Shown one piece after another: positions 29,431 to 38,614 of a stretch of 64,000 bases of DNA. A model generated the notes under the pieces. It saw only the letters and a list, made by a program, of their open reading frames with translations, ran no database searches and was not told the DNA's origin. The DNA comes from Gammaproteobacteria bacterium. Its GTDB lineage: Bacteria; Pseudomonadota; Gammaproteobacteria; GCA-2400775. The DNA lies in NCBI GenBank assembly GCA_015492075.1, contig WGFU01000037.1:1425-65424 (forward strand). Direction: 5' to 3'. Made by a program: the position numbers and the translations under genes. The stretch's first letter is position 1. The number at the start of each line of letters is the position of its first letter.

Positions 29431-29558
29431 GGCTTACCTCAATTATTTATGATTCATTTAATGAACAAAACGGGCGACTGTATACCATGTTAACCCTACT
29501 CAGCGCAAGTTTATACAAACTGTAGCAGGGCCAAAAATGGCGCCTTTTTTACCCAAAT

Positions 29559-29579
29559 TATCAACCTAACAGATTGATA
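29559..29579. promoter_or_regulatory. inverted repeat TATCAA-N9-TTGATA in the divergent intergenic region
   Basis: Perfect 6-bp arms with a 9-bp spacer, ~135 bp upstream of the plus-strand GT-C-like gene and ~380 bp upstream of the di-heme cytochrome operon. Confidence 0.3.
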
Positions 29580-29712
29580 TTTAATAAAAAAACGATCGTC
29601 TTTAAAAAACACGAACGTCGCTCCAAAAAGTTTTTCAAAATTCTGGCAGATGACCATTCGCGCAGTTTCGGGTATGCTCCGCAGCCATCTCCAATGTCGG
29701 CAATTCTAAGCC

Positions 29713-31104
29713 ATGATCAACGACCAAATCAAACAGCGAGCGCTCGTTTTTGCCATCCTCATCGTTTGGGGCGGCCTCATTCTTTGGTTCAAACTTGTGC
29801 AGTTCAGCCCCTACGGCATAGAAGAAGGTGCTGCACGTGCTTTACTGCTGACTTGGTCGCTGACCGAACGCATCGTTAATCCTATTGTATTTTTTGGCGC
29901 GCCCGACTTTCGCGCGCTGATATTTATTCCCTTGGCGCTATATTGGAGCGGTAGCTTGCTCGCCGCCAAGGTCTTTACCCTGCTCTCCCTATTTGGTGCC
30001 GTGCTATTCCTCTATCGCTGGGCCCGCTCGACTATGGATGCAGAAGTGGCCTTAATCGCCAGTGGCTTGCTACTGATTGCACCACTGAGCCTGCAACAAA
30101 TCGATGCCATGGGCGCCGGTGTTTATTTATTACTCGCTTTCGGTCTCGGTATCTGGCTTAACCAACGTATTCGCAGCAAAGAAAAATTACTGACTGCATG
30201 GTATTTCGTCCACCTTATCGTGGTCGCCGCGATTATCAGCCTACACCCCATAGGGCTGGGTTATGCACTCGGCATACTCTGGTTATGGCAACGTCAGCCG
30301 ATCAATAGCGGCATGAAAAAACAGATGCTGATAGGTCTTGGCCTAAGCGCTGTGTTTGTCGGTTTGCTGCAGGCTGGCTGGATCGACATTACATGGTTCA
30401 ACAACCCGATCACGGTTCTCGGCAGCGCCTTACTCGCTATCAACGATTCCAATAGCGGTGCCGCCTGGTTTGCTGGCGCAGTAACCCTGGCCTTGTTCGC
30501 TATAGCGGTCATTCGCTCGCGCAAGCTGATATTCAATGACGGTATGGCACTGAGCTTATTGCTGGCCAGCCTCATTGGCCTCTTATGCGCCGACAAAGCA
30601 TGGGCCTTGTTGCTACTCACCTTATTGCTCTATATCGGCACACAACAGCTGATTCACGCCCAACAATTTGGCATGCGTGGTTTTATGGCCCAGCGCGGCC
30701 TCGCCCTCGCCATATTGTTCATTGTCGCGTTTATTTTTATGCAAGGCGACAAGTCGCACTATACAACCTTGGCGCGCGCTGATTTCGGTGATAACGACCG
30801 TTTAATAGCGACACTGGTAGCATCGGTCGGCCAGGACGCCAAGCTCCGAGTCAGCAGTCAATGGCCAGGCCGCACCATGCTCGCCTTAAAGCAAGCAACG
30901 CTACCGCTACCGCCCACCATCGATGACGATGCGCGTTTTCTTGAGATCACCCAAGGTCTGACTCATATTATCTTCGACCATACCGACCCGAACAATAGGG
31001 CTTTAGCGCGACAAATTGCACGGCTTAGCGGCAATCTGTCAACATTGTCGCGCGAACCCGGCGGTGTCATTATTGAAGTGCGGTCTCAGCGAAACGCACC
31101 CTAA
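29713..31104 (+). CDS. GT-C-fold glycosyltransferase-like membrane protein (ArnT/PMT family-like)
   Basis: 463 aa; ~10 TM; acidic EE pair (IEEG) in the first extracytoplasmic loop; ~110-aa C-terminal soluble domain. Family assignment is by topology only. Confidence 0.4.
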   Translation: MINDQIKQRALVFAILIVWGGLILWFKLVQFSPYGIEEGAARALLLTWSLTERIVNPIVFFGAPDFRALIFIPLALYWSGSLLAAKVFTLLSLFGAVLFLYRWARSTMDAEVALIASGLLLIAPLSLQQIDAMGAGVYLLLAFGLGIWLNQRIRSKEKLLTAWYFVHLIVVAAIISLHPIGLGYALGILWLWQRQPINSGMKKQMLIGLGLSAVFVGLLQAGWIDITWFNNPITVLGSALLAINDSNSGAAWFAGAVTLALFAIAVIRSRKLIFNDGMALSLLLASLIGLLCADKAWALLLLTLLLYIGTQQLIHAQQFGMRGFMAQRGLALAILFIVAFIFMQGDKSHYTTLARADFGDNDRLIATLVASVGQDAKLRVSSQWPGRTMLALKQATLPLPPTIDDDARFLEITQGLTHIIFDHTDPNNRALARQIARLSGNLSTLSREPGGVIIEVRSQRNAP

Positions 31105-31126
31105 GCAGGCTGTAGGCGACAGGCTC

Positions 31127-31942
31127 CTAGCGCTGACAACGACTACAATAAACCGTCGCGCGCTGACCGAGACGCACTAATTTAAGCATTGCGCCGCAGA
31201 CCTGGCAAGCTTGGCTACCACGCCCATAAACCTTGTGCTTAAAGGCAAAATAACCAGGCTTGCCATCACTGTTGACAAAATCGCGCAAAGTAGAACCACC
31301 ACTTTCTATCGCTGCTTGTAGAACGCATTTTATTTCGTTCGCCAATATTCGATAACGTTTGATGGAAATACGGCCTGCCGCGCGCAGCGGGTGAATACCT
31401 GCCATAAACAAAGCCTCATTGGCGTAGATATTACCGACGCCGGCCACCACACCACTGTCCATAATAAAATTTTTTACCGCTGTACTGCGCCCGCGCGAAC
31501 GAGTCAGCAAATACTCGCCATTAAATTCATCTGACAAGGGCTCAGGGCCGATAGTCGCTAACAGCTTGTGCTGCGCCTCACCTTGCGGCAACCACAATAC
31601 GCTGCCAAAACGCCGCGGATCGTGCAAACGCAAACAAGCGCCGTTTTCAAATACAACATCGACATGGTCATGTTTACCTGCTGAAGGCGCCTGCGCTAAA
31701 TAACGCAGATTGCCAGACATGCCAAGATGCACCATCATCGTCCCGGCCGCGCTCAGCAACAACAAATACTTACCACGGCGTTCAACGCTGTCAACGGTTT
31801 GCCCACGGAACTCCCTGGCCAAACTCTTCGGCACACCGTAGCGAAGCTTCGGGTTACGTACCACCACTCTGGCAACACGCTGCCCCACAACGTGCGGCGC
31901 TATGCCCCGGCGGGTGATTTCCACTTCAGGTAATTCGGGCAT
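31127..31942 (-). CDS. mutM: formamidopyrimidine-DNA glycosylase
   Basis: N-terminal MPELPEVE (catalytic Pro2); C-terminal zinc finger CQVCG...CSRCQ; start set at Met12 of the 282-aa ORF. Confidence 0.85.
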   Translation of the reverse strand: MPELPEVEITRRGIAPHVVGQRVARVVVRNPKLRYGVPKSLAREFRGQTVDSVERRGKYLLLLSAAGTMMVHLGMSGNLRYLAQAPSAGKHDHVDVVFENGACLRLHDPRRFGSVLWLPQGEAQHKLLATIGPEPLSDEFNGEYLLTRSRGRSTAVKNFIMDSGVVAGVGNIYANEALFMAGIHPLRAAGRISIKRYRILANEIKCVLQAAIESGGSTLRDFVNSDGKPGYFAFKHKVYGRGSQACQVCGAMLKLVRLGQRATVYCSRCQR

Positions 31943-31953
31943 TGGCTGCTCTT

Positions 31954-33306
31954 TTAGTAACGGCGGCGACGCCACCAGATGAGGCCACCTGTTAGCAGCA
32001 ATAATGCCGGCAAAACAATAAGGAAACCTATTGCTATCAGCTGCGACTGCAACAAGCTGAGGTTTAACTCTCGGTCACCACGCTCGACCAATGGAATGGA
32101 CATTAACTTGTCGTCGGCACTTAGCCAGTTCACTAGCCGCAAACCGAGACCAAGATTGCCTGCGTTGCCTATATACTGGTTAGAGATGAAATCGCCATCG
32201 CCCAAAACAATAATACGCTGCGCTTTTTTATGTCCCGCGCCAAGCACAAACTGGCGCTCTAGCGCCACCGCAATAGGGACAGGGCCTGCCAGATCTGCAT
32301 CACCCAATCTCACATTGCCGGCGATATCGCCACGCTCAAGCCAACTTTGATCACCGCTGTTTAATACAATATCTCGATGCCAGCCCTTAGGGTCAGTTTG
32401 CAACATAACCGCGGTCACTTGCGGAAATAATGTCGTTGCCTCGAATTTGGCCCATAAAGGGTGATCAGGGTAGTTCGCAACAACAGTAAAGGTCGGATTA
32501 TCGAGACCCACCAAACGCGCCAGGGGATCGACGACAGTTGCGCCATCAATGGTCAGCGTCAAATACTTTGCCAGCCTGGCCAGGCCGTAATCATTGCCTG
32601 GCTCCACCAACCATAGCAGGTTGCCACCTGACTCGACATACTTGATAACGTGATCAACCTCGCCAGGCAACCAGCTCAATTGCGGCCCGGCAATAATCAG
32701 CATCGCTGCGTTATCAGGCACGCCGGCGCTTTGCGAAAGATTGACGTTGGCAATATGAAAGCCTTGCTGTTTTAGCTCATTGCCCCAATTACCCAGATCG
32801 TGATTGGTCCGCCCGCCGGATTTGCGTTCACCATGACCGATAGCAAAAACCAGCCAACGATCACCTTGGCGCAACAGTCTTTGCAAACCGTTGCTAAATG
32901 CCTGCTCGCGCAAACTTTTCACGTGCTCGCTGCGACTGCCCAGCGTTAACACCATTTCGCCGTCAACCTCGATATTACGATCACGCACCTGCTGCGGCTG
33001 CGCGTCGGGATCAATAAATGACAAATCAATATCGGGCTTGAAGCGACGATAACGTGCGACCAATTGGGTAATGGCTTGCCGAACCGCTATGTTTTTTTCG
33101 CGCGCATAGACGGTGACACTGAGCGGGTCATCGATTTTTGCTAGCACGGCGACGCTGTTTGCTGACAGCGTATTGCTTTGCGTTTGCGTCCAGTCAAACT
33201 GCCGGTCCCATTTCAGCACCAGCCAATAGACAACACTGGCAAGAAAAATGACCGCAATGAAAACCAATGTGGCTGAAACGCGATGCCATGCGGACTCTTT
33301 AACCAT
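31954..33306 (-). CDS. GldG-like ABC transporter auxiliary component
   Basis: 450 aa; N- and C-terminal TM segments flanking a large periplasmic domain; followed by ABC-2 permease and ATPase. Confidence 0.65.
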   Translation of the reverse strand: MVKESAWHRVSATLVFIAVIFLASVVYWLVLKWDRQFDWTQTQSNTLSANSVAVLAKIDDPLSVTVYAREKNIAVRQAITQLVARYRRFKPDIDLSFIDPDAQPQQVRDRNIEVDGEMVLTLGSRSEHVKSLREQAFSNGLQRLLRQGDRWLVFAIGHGERKSGGRTNHDLGNWGNELKQQGFHIANVNLSQSAGVPDNAAMLIIAGPQLSWLPGEVDHVIKYVESGGNLLWLVEPGNDYGLARLAKYLTLTIDGATVVDPLARLVGLDNPTFTVVANYPDHPLWAKFEATTLFPQVTAVMLQTDPKGWHRDIVLNSGDQSWLERGDIAGNVRLGDADLAGPVPIAVALERQFVLGAGHKKAQRIIVLGDGDFISNQYIGNAGNLGLGLRLVNWLSADDKLMSIPLVERGDRELNLSLLQSQLIAIGFLIVLPALLLLTGGLIWWRRRRY

Positions 33307-34048
33307 ACACGCGCTCGCGATGAAGTTGTCGTACAGTGAGCAATAAAAACACTGCTGCCACGAGCAGGAAATACGCCACGCTTTCTAAGGCTAGCAAACC
33401 ACTGAGCAAGGTTTGATAGTGGTGACTCATCGAAATATGGCTCAGTAAGCTGTCACCGCCATCAGGCTTGACGCCGCTATCGACCATCCATAACAACAAG
33501 ACCAAGGCGAATGTCGTTATTGCGGCAATCGCCGATTGCGCGGTCAGAGATGACATGTAAAGACCGATGGCGACCAGTGCCATGATGAATAAAAATACGG
33601 CCAGCAACGCTGCTGCGATCTGCCCCAAATCCAGCTCCGTACCGAGATTTAACGATATTGCCATCAAGGCGATCATTAGCCAGCTAAAACCAAAAAAGGC
33701 CATCACCGCAAGATATTTACCCAACACAATGGCTCGCATCGATAGCGGTGAACTTAATAACAACACACGTGTATGCAAACGTTTTTCGTCGCACAGCATA
33801 CGCATGGTGAGCAGGGGTATCACCACCATGAATAGCGTTGGTACGTTGCCCAACATACGTATCACCACCAGCAAAGTGGCACCCGGCGCCTGCGGGTTTA
33901 GTGCTAGTTCATCTTGCCCTGCAATAAAACTGTCTATGTTTAACAAAAAGATATAAGCCAACAATAATTGCACCAAGGCCAGCGCCACCCACGCCAGCGG
34001 TGATAAAAACAGGCTGCGTAATTCATGACGTGCAATATGAACAATCAT
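33299..34048 (-). CDS. ABC-2 family transporter permease
   Basis: 249 aa; 6 TM; 8-nt overlap with the GldG-like gene. Confidence 0.7.
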   Translation of the reverse strand: MIVHIARHELRSLFLSPLAWVALALVQLLLAYIFLLNIDSFIAGQDELALNPQAPGATLLVVIRMLGNVPTLFMVVIPLLTMRMLCDEKRLHTRVLLLSSPLSMRAIVLGKYLAVMAFFGFSWLMIALMAISLNLGTELDLGQIAAALLAVFLFIMALVAIGLYMSSLTAQSAIAAITTFALVLLLWMVDSGVKPDGGDSLLSHISMSHHYQTLLSGLLALESVAYFLLVAAVFLLLTVRQLHRERVYG

Positions 34049-35031
34049 GACCGCGTGCCCTCGGGGGACAACGCCCGCTCGTTCGTCGTAATATCAATAA
34101 ACACCTGCTCAAGATCCATCTGTTGCGGGATCAATTCGTAGAGACCGAGCTGATTCTCCACTGCATATTGTGCGACGCGTTCTGCTGGATTATTTTTTTC
34201 ATCAATCTCCAGCTGAAAATGACAGTCACCACGAGGGCACATTGCACCAACACGCTGGACGGCGACAACACCATCAATAGCTAACAAGGCACCAAGATTC
34301 GGTTCTTTGCGTACGGAAAGCAACAAGGTGGCAGCCGACATCTGCGCCGACAAGGACGATATATCGTCTGCGAAAACAATACGACCATGGTCTAGAATCT
34401 GTACGCGGTCGCACACCGCTTGCACTTCAGACAAAATATGCGTCGATAAAATCACGCCATGATCCCGGGCAAGCTCACGAATCAAACCGCGAATCTCGCG
34501 AATCTGTACCGGGTCAAGACCCACTGTGGGCTCGTCAAGCACAATCAAGTCGGGTAAATGCACTATCGCCTGGGCAATTCCCACGCGTTGCTGATAACCC
34601 TTCGATAGCCGACCAATAATGCGTCGACCTACCTTGCTAAGCCCACAGCGTTGCTTGATATCGCGAATACGTTGATATCGCTGAACAGCAGGCACGCGGC
34701 GAAGTCGCGCGCAATAATCGAGATACTCATCAACGCTTAAATCACGGTATAAAGGCGGTTGTTCCGGTAGATAACCGAGTCGACTCTTAGCCTTAATAGC
34801 GTCTTTGATGATATCGTGACCAACAATTGTAATGGTGCCATGTGTCGGCGCCAACACGCCACACAACATATTCATGGTAGTGGATTTGCCCGCGCCGTTG
34901 GCGCCAAGAAAACCCAGAACTTCACCACGCTTGAGATAAAAGCTCACCTCATGAACGGCGGTCAAATCACCGTAGCGCCTACCGACCCTGTCAACGCTAA
35001 CCAATATTTGCTTATCCATTATGGCTATCAT
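34045..35031 (-). CDS. ABC transporter ATP-binding protein
   Basis: 328 aa; Walker A GANGAGKST; signature LSKGYQQR; Walker B IVLDEPT; C-terminal extension. Confidence 0.85.
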   Translation of the reverse strand: MIAIMDKQILVSVDRVGRRYGDLTAVHEVSFYLKRGEVLGFLGANGAGKSTTMNMLCGVLAPTHGTITIVGHDIIKDAIKAKSRLGYLPEQPPLYRDLSVDEYLDYCARLRRVPAVQRYQRIRDIKQRCGLSKVGRRIIGRLSKGYQQRVGIAQAIVHLPDLIVLDEPTVGLDPVQIREIRGLIRELARDHGVILSTHILSEVQAVCDRVQILDHGRIVFADDISSLSAQMSAATLLLSVRKEPNLGALLAIDGVVAVQRVGAMCPRGDCHFQLEIDEKNNPAERVAQYAVENQLGLYELIPQQMDLEQVFIDITTNERALSPEGTRS

Positions 35032-35101
35032 ACATGACAGTAGAGGCCGTTACCGTTATCATTCTTTTGTGAAAACATGTCATTGCGCATAGAAATTACC
35101 A

Positions 35102-37087
35102 TTGCCTGAGAAAAACATCCACATCATCGGCGTCGACAGCGGTGGCACGTTTACCGATTTTATTTACTACAATGGTCACATACTGACCACCTGCAAAGTC
35201 TTGTCAACGCCTCAAGCCCCTGAACGCGCTATTTTACAAGGCTTACAGCAACTCGGCGCTCCTCTTGATAAGAGTACGATTATCCATGGCTCAACCGTGG
35301 CAACCAATGCGGTGCTCGAAGGCAAAGGCGCGCGCACCGCTTTGGTAACAAATCGTGGCTTTGCCGACATGCTGACGATTGGCCGCCAGACACGTAGCGC
35401 GCTCTATGCGCTCGAGCCTACCTCTGCTGCAGCACCCGTCCCGGCAGAGCTATGTTTTGAAATCGGCGCGCGTATTGATGCCAGCGGCAATATTCTCTGT
35501 GAGCCCGATCGACAACAGCTGGCCGCCTTGAGCCAGCAAATCCGTGCCGCCAAGGTTGAAGCCGTGGCCATTAATTTACTGTTTTCCTTTGTGGATAGCC
35601 GTCATGAACAAGCGATTGCCAAGGCCTTACCAGCGCAGTTGTTTATTTCATGCTCATCGGCCGTACTGGCCGAATATAAAGAATACGAACGCGGCGTTAG
35701 CACCTGGCTCAATGCCTTTGTCGGCCCGGTCATTAAACGCTATTTAACGCAGCTTGCTAGCAAATTACCAAATAGCTCTATCAGCATTATGCAAAGCTCA
35801 GGCGGTATCGCAGCGATTGATCATTGCGCTGATCACGGTGTACGCCTGCTTTTGTCAGGCCCTGCCGGTGGCCTGGCAGCGGCGCGCCATATCGCCAAGC
35901 AATGCCACATCTCTCGCTTGCTCAGCTTGGATATGGGCGGTACGTCAACCGATGTCGCATTGATTGACGGCGAGCTGCAACTCACCACTGAGGGACGTAT
36001 CGGCTCTTATCCGGTTGCCGTGGCCATGGTCGACATCCATACGATTGGCGCTGGCGGTGGCTCTATCGCCTGGGTCGATGAAGGTGGCCTGTTGCAAGTC
36101 GGGCCGCAATCCGCCGGTGCTGATCCGGGACCTGCATGTTATGGCAATGTGGGCACCTCTGCTGTCGCCACGCTCACTGACGCCAATCTCGTGCTTGGCA
36201 AGCTGCCCCGTGATACGTGTCTGGCGGGTGATATGGCGCTCGATTATGATGCGGCCGCGGCAGCCATCCACCCCTTATCGAAACAACTCGGCCTCAGCAT
36301 CGCTGACACTGCGGCCGGTATTGTTGTCATCGCAGAACAACATATGAGCACTGCGCTAAGGCAAATCTCTATTCAGCGCGGCCATGATCCGCGCCAATTT
36401 TGCATAAGCTCATTTGGTGGTGCCGGCGGCCTGCATGTATGCGCACTGGCAGATAGCTTGGGCATAGTGCAAGCGATTATTCCACACTACGCAGGTGTTT
36501 TATCTGCCTTTGGCATGCTCGTCGCACCATGTAAAGAACTACTTTCCCGCACACTGCTTGGTGACGATAGGCGCTCAGACCAAAACATCGAACGCGCCTT
36601 CGCACAGCTTGTCACACAGGCGCAGACCAATCTGCGCGCGCAAGGCTTTGCAAAGCGTGATATCACGGTGCAACGCAGTGTCGACATGCGGTATCAAGGC
36701 CAGTCATTTACACTTAATGTCGATTGGCTAGGACTCGATAAGTCGAGCCACCTTTTTCAAGACAAACATCAGCAGCGCTATGGCCACCGGCTCAATCATG
36801 ATGTCGAGCTGGTCACTATACGTGTTACGGCTATCGGGCCGGAGCCGTCTCTGACCGTCTCGCCTATTGAAAGGGCTATGCCTGACAGTCGGCCAATAAA
36901 GCAAACAAATATCTACCAAGTAGATGCCGCCGTGCCAGTCTATCAACGCCAACAATTAAGCCAAGATAAACTGGTCGTCGGCCCAGCGATTATTTGCGAA
37001 ACGATGACGACCAGCTATATTGCACCTAAGTGGCAGGCTCGGCTGGACAAACACGGCCATCTACGGCTATCAAGGCATCACGACTGA
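35102..37087 (+). CDS. hydantoinase/5-oxoprolinase family protein (HyuA-like)
   Basis: 661 aa; N-terminal IIGVDSGGTFTDFI (ASKHA fold); second ATPase domain LLSLDMGGTSTD. Confidence 0.75.
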   Translation: MPEKNIHIIGVDSGGTFTDFIYYNGHILTTCKVLSTPQAPERAILQGLQQLGAPLDKSTIIHGSTVATNAVLEGKGARTALVTNRGFADMLTIGRQTRSALYALEPTSAAAPVPAELCFEIGARIDASGNILCEPDRQQLAALSQQIRAAKVEAVAINLLFSFVDSRHEQAIAKALPAQLFISCSSAVLAEYKEYERGVSTWLNAFVGPVIKRYLTQLASKLPNSSISIMQSSGGIAAIDHCADHGVRLLLSGPAGGLAAARHIAKQCHISRLLSLDMGGTSTDVALIDGELQLTTEGRIGSYPVAVAMVDIHTIGAGGGSIAWVDEGGLLQVGPQSAGADPGPACYGNVGTSAVATLTDANLVLGKLPRDTCLAGDMALDYDAAAAAIHPLSKQLGLSIADTAAGIVVIAEQHMSTALRQISIQRGHDPRQFCISSFGGAGGLHVCALADSLGIVQAIIPHYAGVLSAFGMLVAPCKELLSRTLLGDDRRSDQNIERAFAQLVTQAQTNLRAQGFAKRDITVQRSVDMRYQGQSFTLNVDWLGLDKSSHLFQDKHQQRYGHRLNHDVELVTIRVTAIGPEPSLTVSPIERAMPDSRPIKQTNIYQVDAAVPVYQRQQLSQDKLVVGPAIICETMTTSYIAPKWQARLDKHGHLRLSRHHD

Positions 37088-37137
37088 TATCAGGCCGATA
37101 GAGTTTCTTTTAATGAATGCACTTACAGCTGAGCCCA

Positions 37138-38490
37138 TCACAACAAAAAGACCGTGGCCAGACCAAGGAAGACCAAAAAACCTATGACATCTGTCACCGT
37201 GGTGAGCAACACACTGCCACCCAATGCGGGGTCGCTGCCGATACGCCTGAGCAACAAGGGGATAGCCACACCGGCCAGCGCCGCAACGACGAGATTGATC
37301 ACTAAGGCAACTGCGATAATCGCCCCTATTTCATAGTCATCAAACCAAAACACGACAACCAATGTGACCACCACCGCCCATAACAAACCATTGAGTATCC
37401 CTACTGCCATTTCTTTACGTAACAAGCGCCAGGAGTTTGATGAACTGACCTGATCCAGAGCCAAGCCTCTGATCACCAACGTTAAGGTCTGGCTCCCAGC
37501 AATGCCTCCCATGCTGGCAACAATTGGCATCAGTACCGCCAAGGCAACGATCTTTTCTATGGTTGCATCAAACAGAGCGATCACCACAGAGGCAGCAAAC
37601 GCGGTCAATAAATTCGTCCCCAGCCAAACAGCGCGGCGACCAGTACTAATCCAAATAGGCGAGAACAAGCCTTCTTCCTCGCGCAAACCGGCCATACTGG
37701 TTAGCGACTGACCGCCTTGCTCACGGATGACGTCGACAATATCGTCAATAGTAATACGACCCAACAAGCGATTGTGGTCATCAACTACCGGCGCAGATAT
37801 TATATCGTGGCGCGCAAAATGGTTCGCAATATCTGCTTCCGGCATCGCCACATTAATGGCATCAAAGTCGCTGGCCATTGCCTCAGCAACGGTAGTATCA
37901 GGTTGCAGCGTGACAATTTGTGCAATGCGCAACACGCCCAAATAGCTGTCATCGCGATCGACAACAAATAACTTGTCGGTCGATTCGGGCAATTCACCAC
38001 GCAAACGCAGATAGCGCAGCACCACATCAAGGCTGACGTCGGGCCGTACAGTGATGGCGTCGGTGTTCATCAAACCACCGGCGGTATCCTCAGGATAAGA
38101 AAGTACTTGTTCGATGCGTTCGCGATCCTGGCGATCCATGCTTTCAAGAATTTCACGGCTGTCCTGGTCTGACAGGCTTTGCAAAATATCGGCAATGTCG
38201 TCGGTATCCAGGCCTTCTGTTGCAGCGATTATCTGCGGCAGGCCCATGTCACGAATCAGGCTGGCACGAACGTCGTCGTGCAAATGTGATAACACTGCGC
38301 CACGAGTATCCGCTGTTAGCCAACGCCAGACGGTTTCGCGTTCACTGCTCGGCATACCTTCGATGAGATGCGCGATCTCGGCCGGATGTAACTCAGGCAG
38401 CAAGGCGCGCGCCTCATCATGGGCATCATTACGTAAATACGTCATGAATTCCTGCAACTGTTCTTTATATTCTTGTTTTTCGCCTGACAT
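37138..38490 (-). CDS. mgtE: magnesium transporter MgtE
   Basis: 450 aa; N-domain, tandem CBS pair and 5-TM C-terminal pore domain. Confidence 0.85.
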   Translation of the reverse strand: MSGEKQEYKEQLQEFMTYLRNDAHDEARALLPELHPAEIAHLIEGMPSSERETVWRWLTADTRGAVLSHLHDDVRASLIRDMGLPQIIAATEGLDTDDIADILQSLSDQDSREILESMDRQDRERIEQVLSYPEDTAGGLMNTDAITVRPDVSLDVVLRYLRLRGELPESTDKLFVVDRDDSYLGVLRIAQIVTLQPDTTVAEAMASDFDAINVAMPEADIANHFARHDIISAPVVDDHNRLLGRITIDDIVDVIREQGGQSLTSMAGLREEEGLFSPIWISTGRRAVWLGTNLLTAFAASVVIALFDATIEKIVALAVLMPIVASMGGIAGSQTLTLVIRGLALDQVSSSNSWRLLRKEMAVGILNGLLWAVVVTLVVVFWFDDYEIGAIIAVALVINLVVAALAGVAIPLLLRRIGSDPALGGSVLLTTVTDVIGFLVFLGLATVFLL

Positions 38491-38614
38491 AGGTCACTGT
38501 GCCGCCAACTCGTTAATCTGCCTGAGTGTAGGCAATATTTATGAATAAAAAAACCCTGGCCTGCAGTGATAGTCAGGGTAGGGCGAAAACAAGCAGTTTC
38601 GCTTGGCGCTTTGA

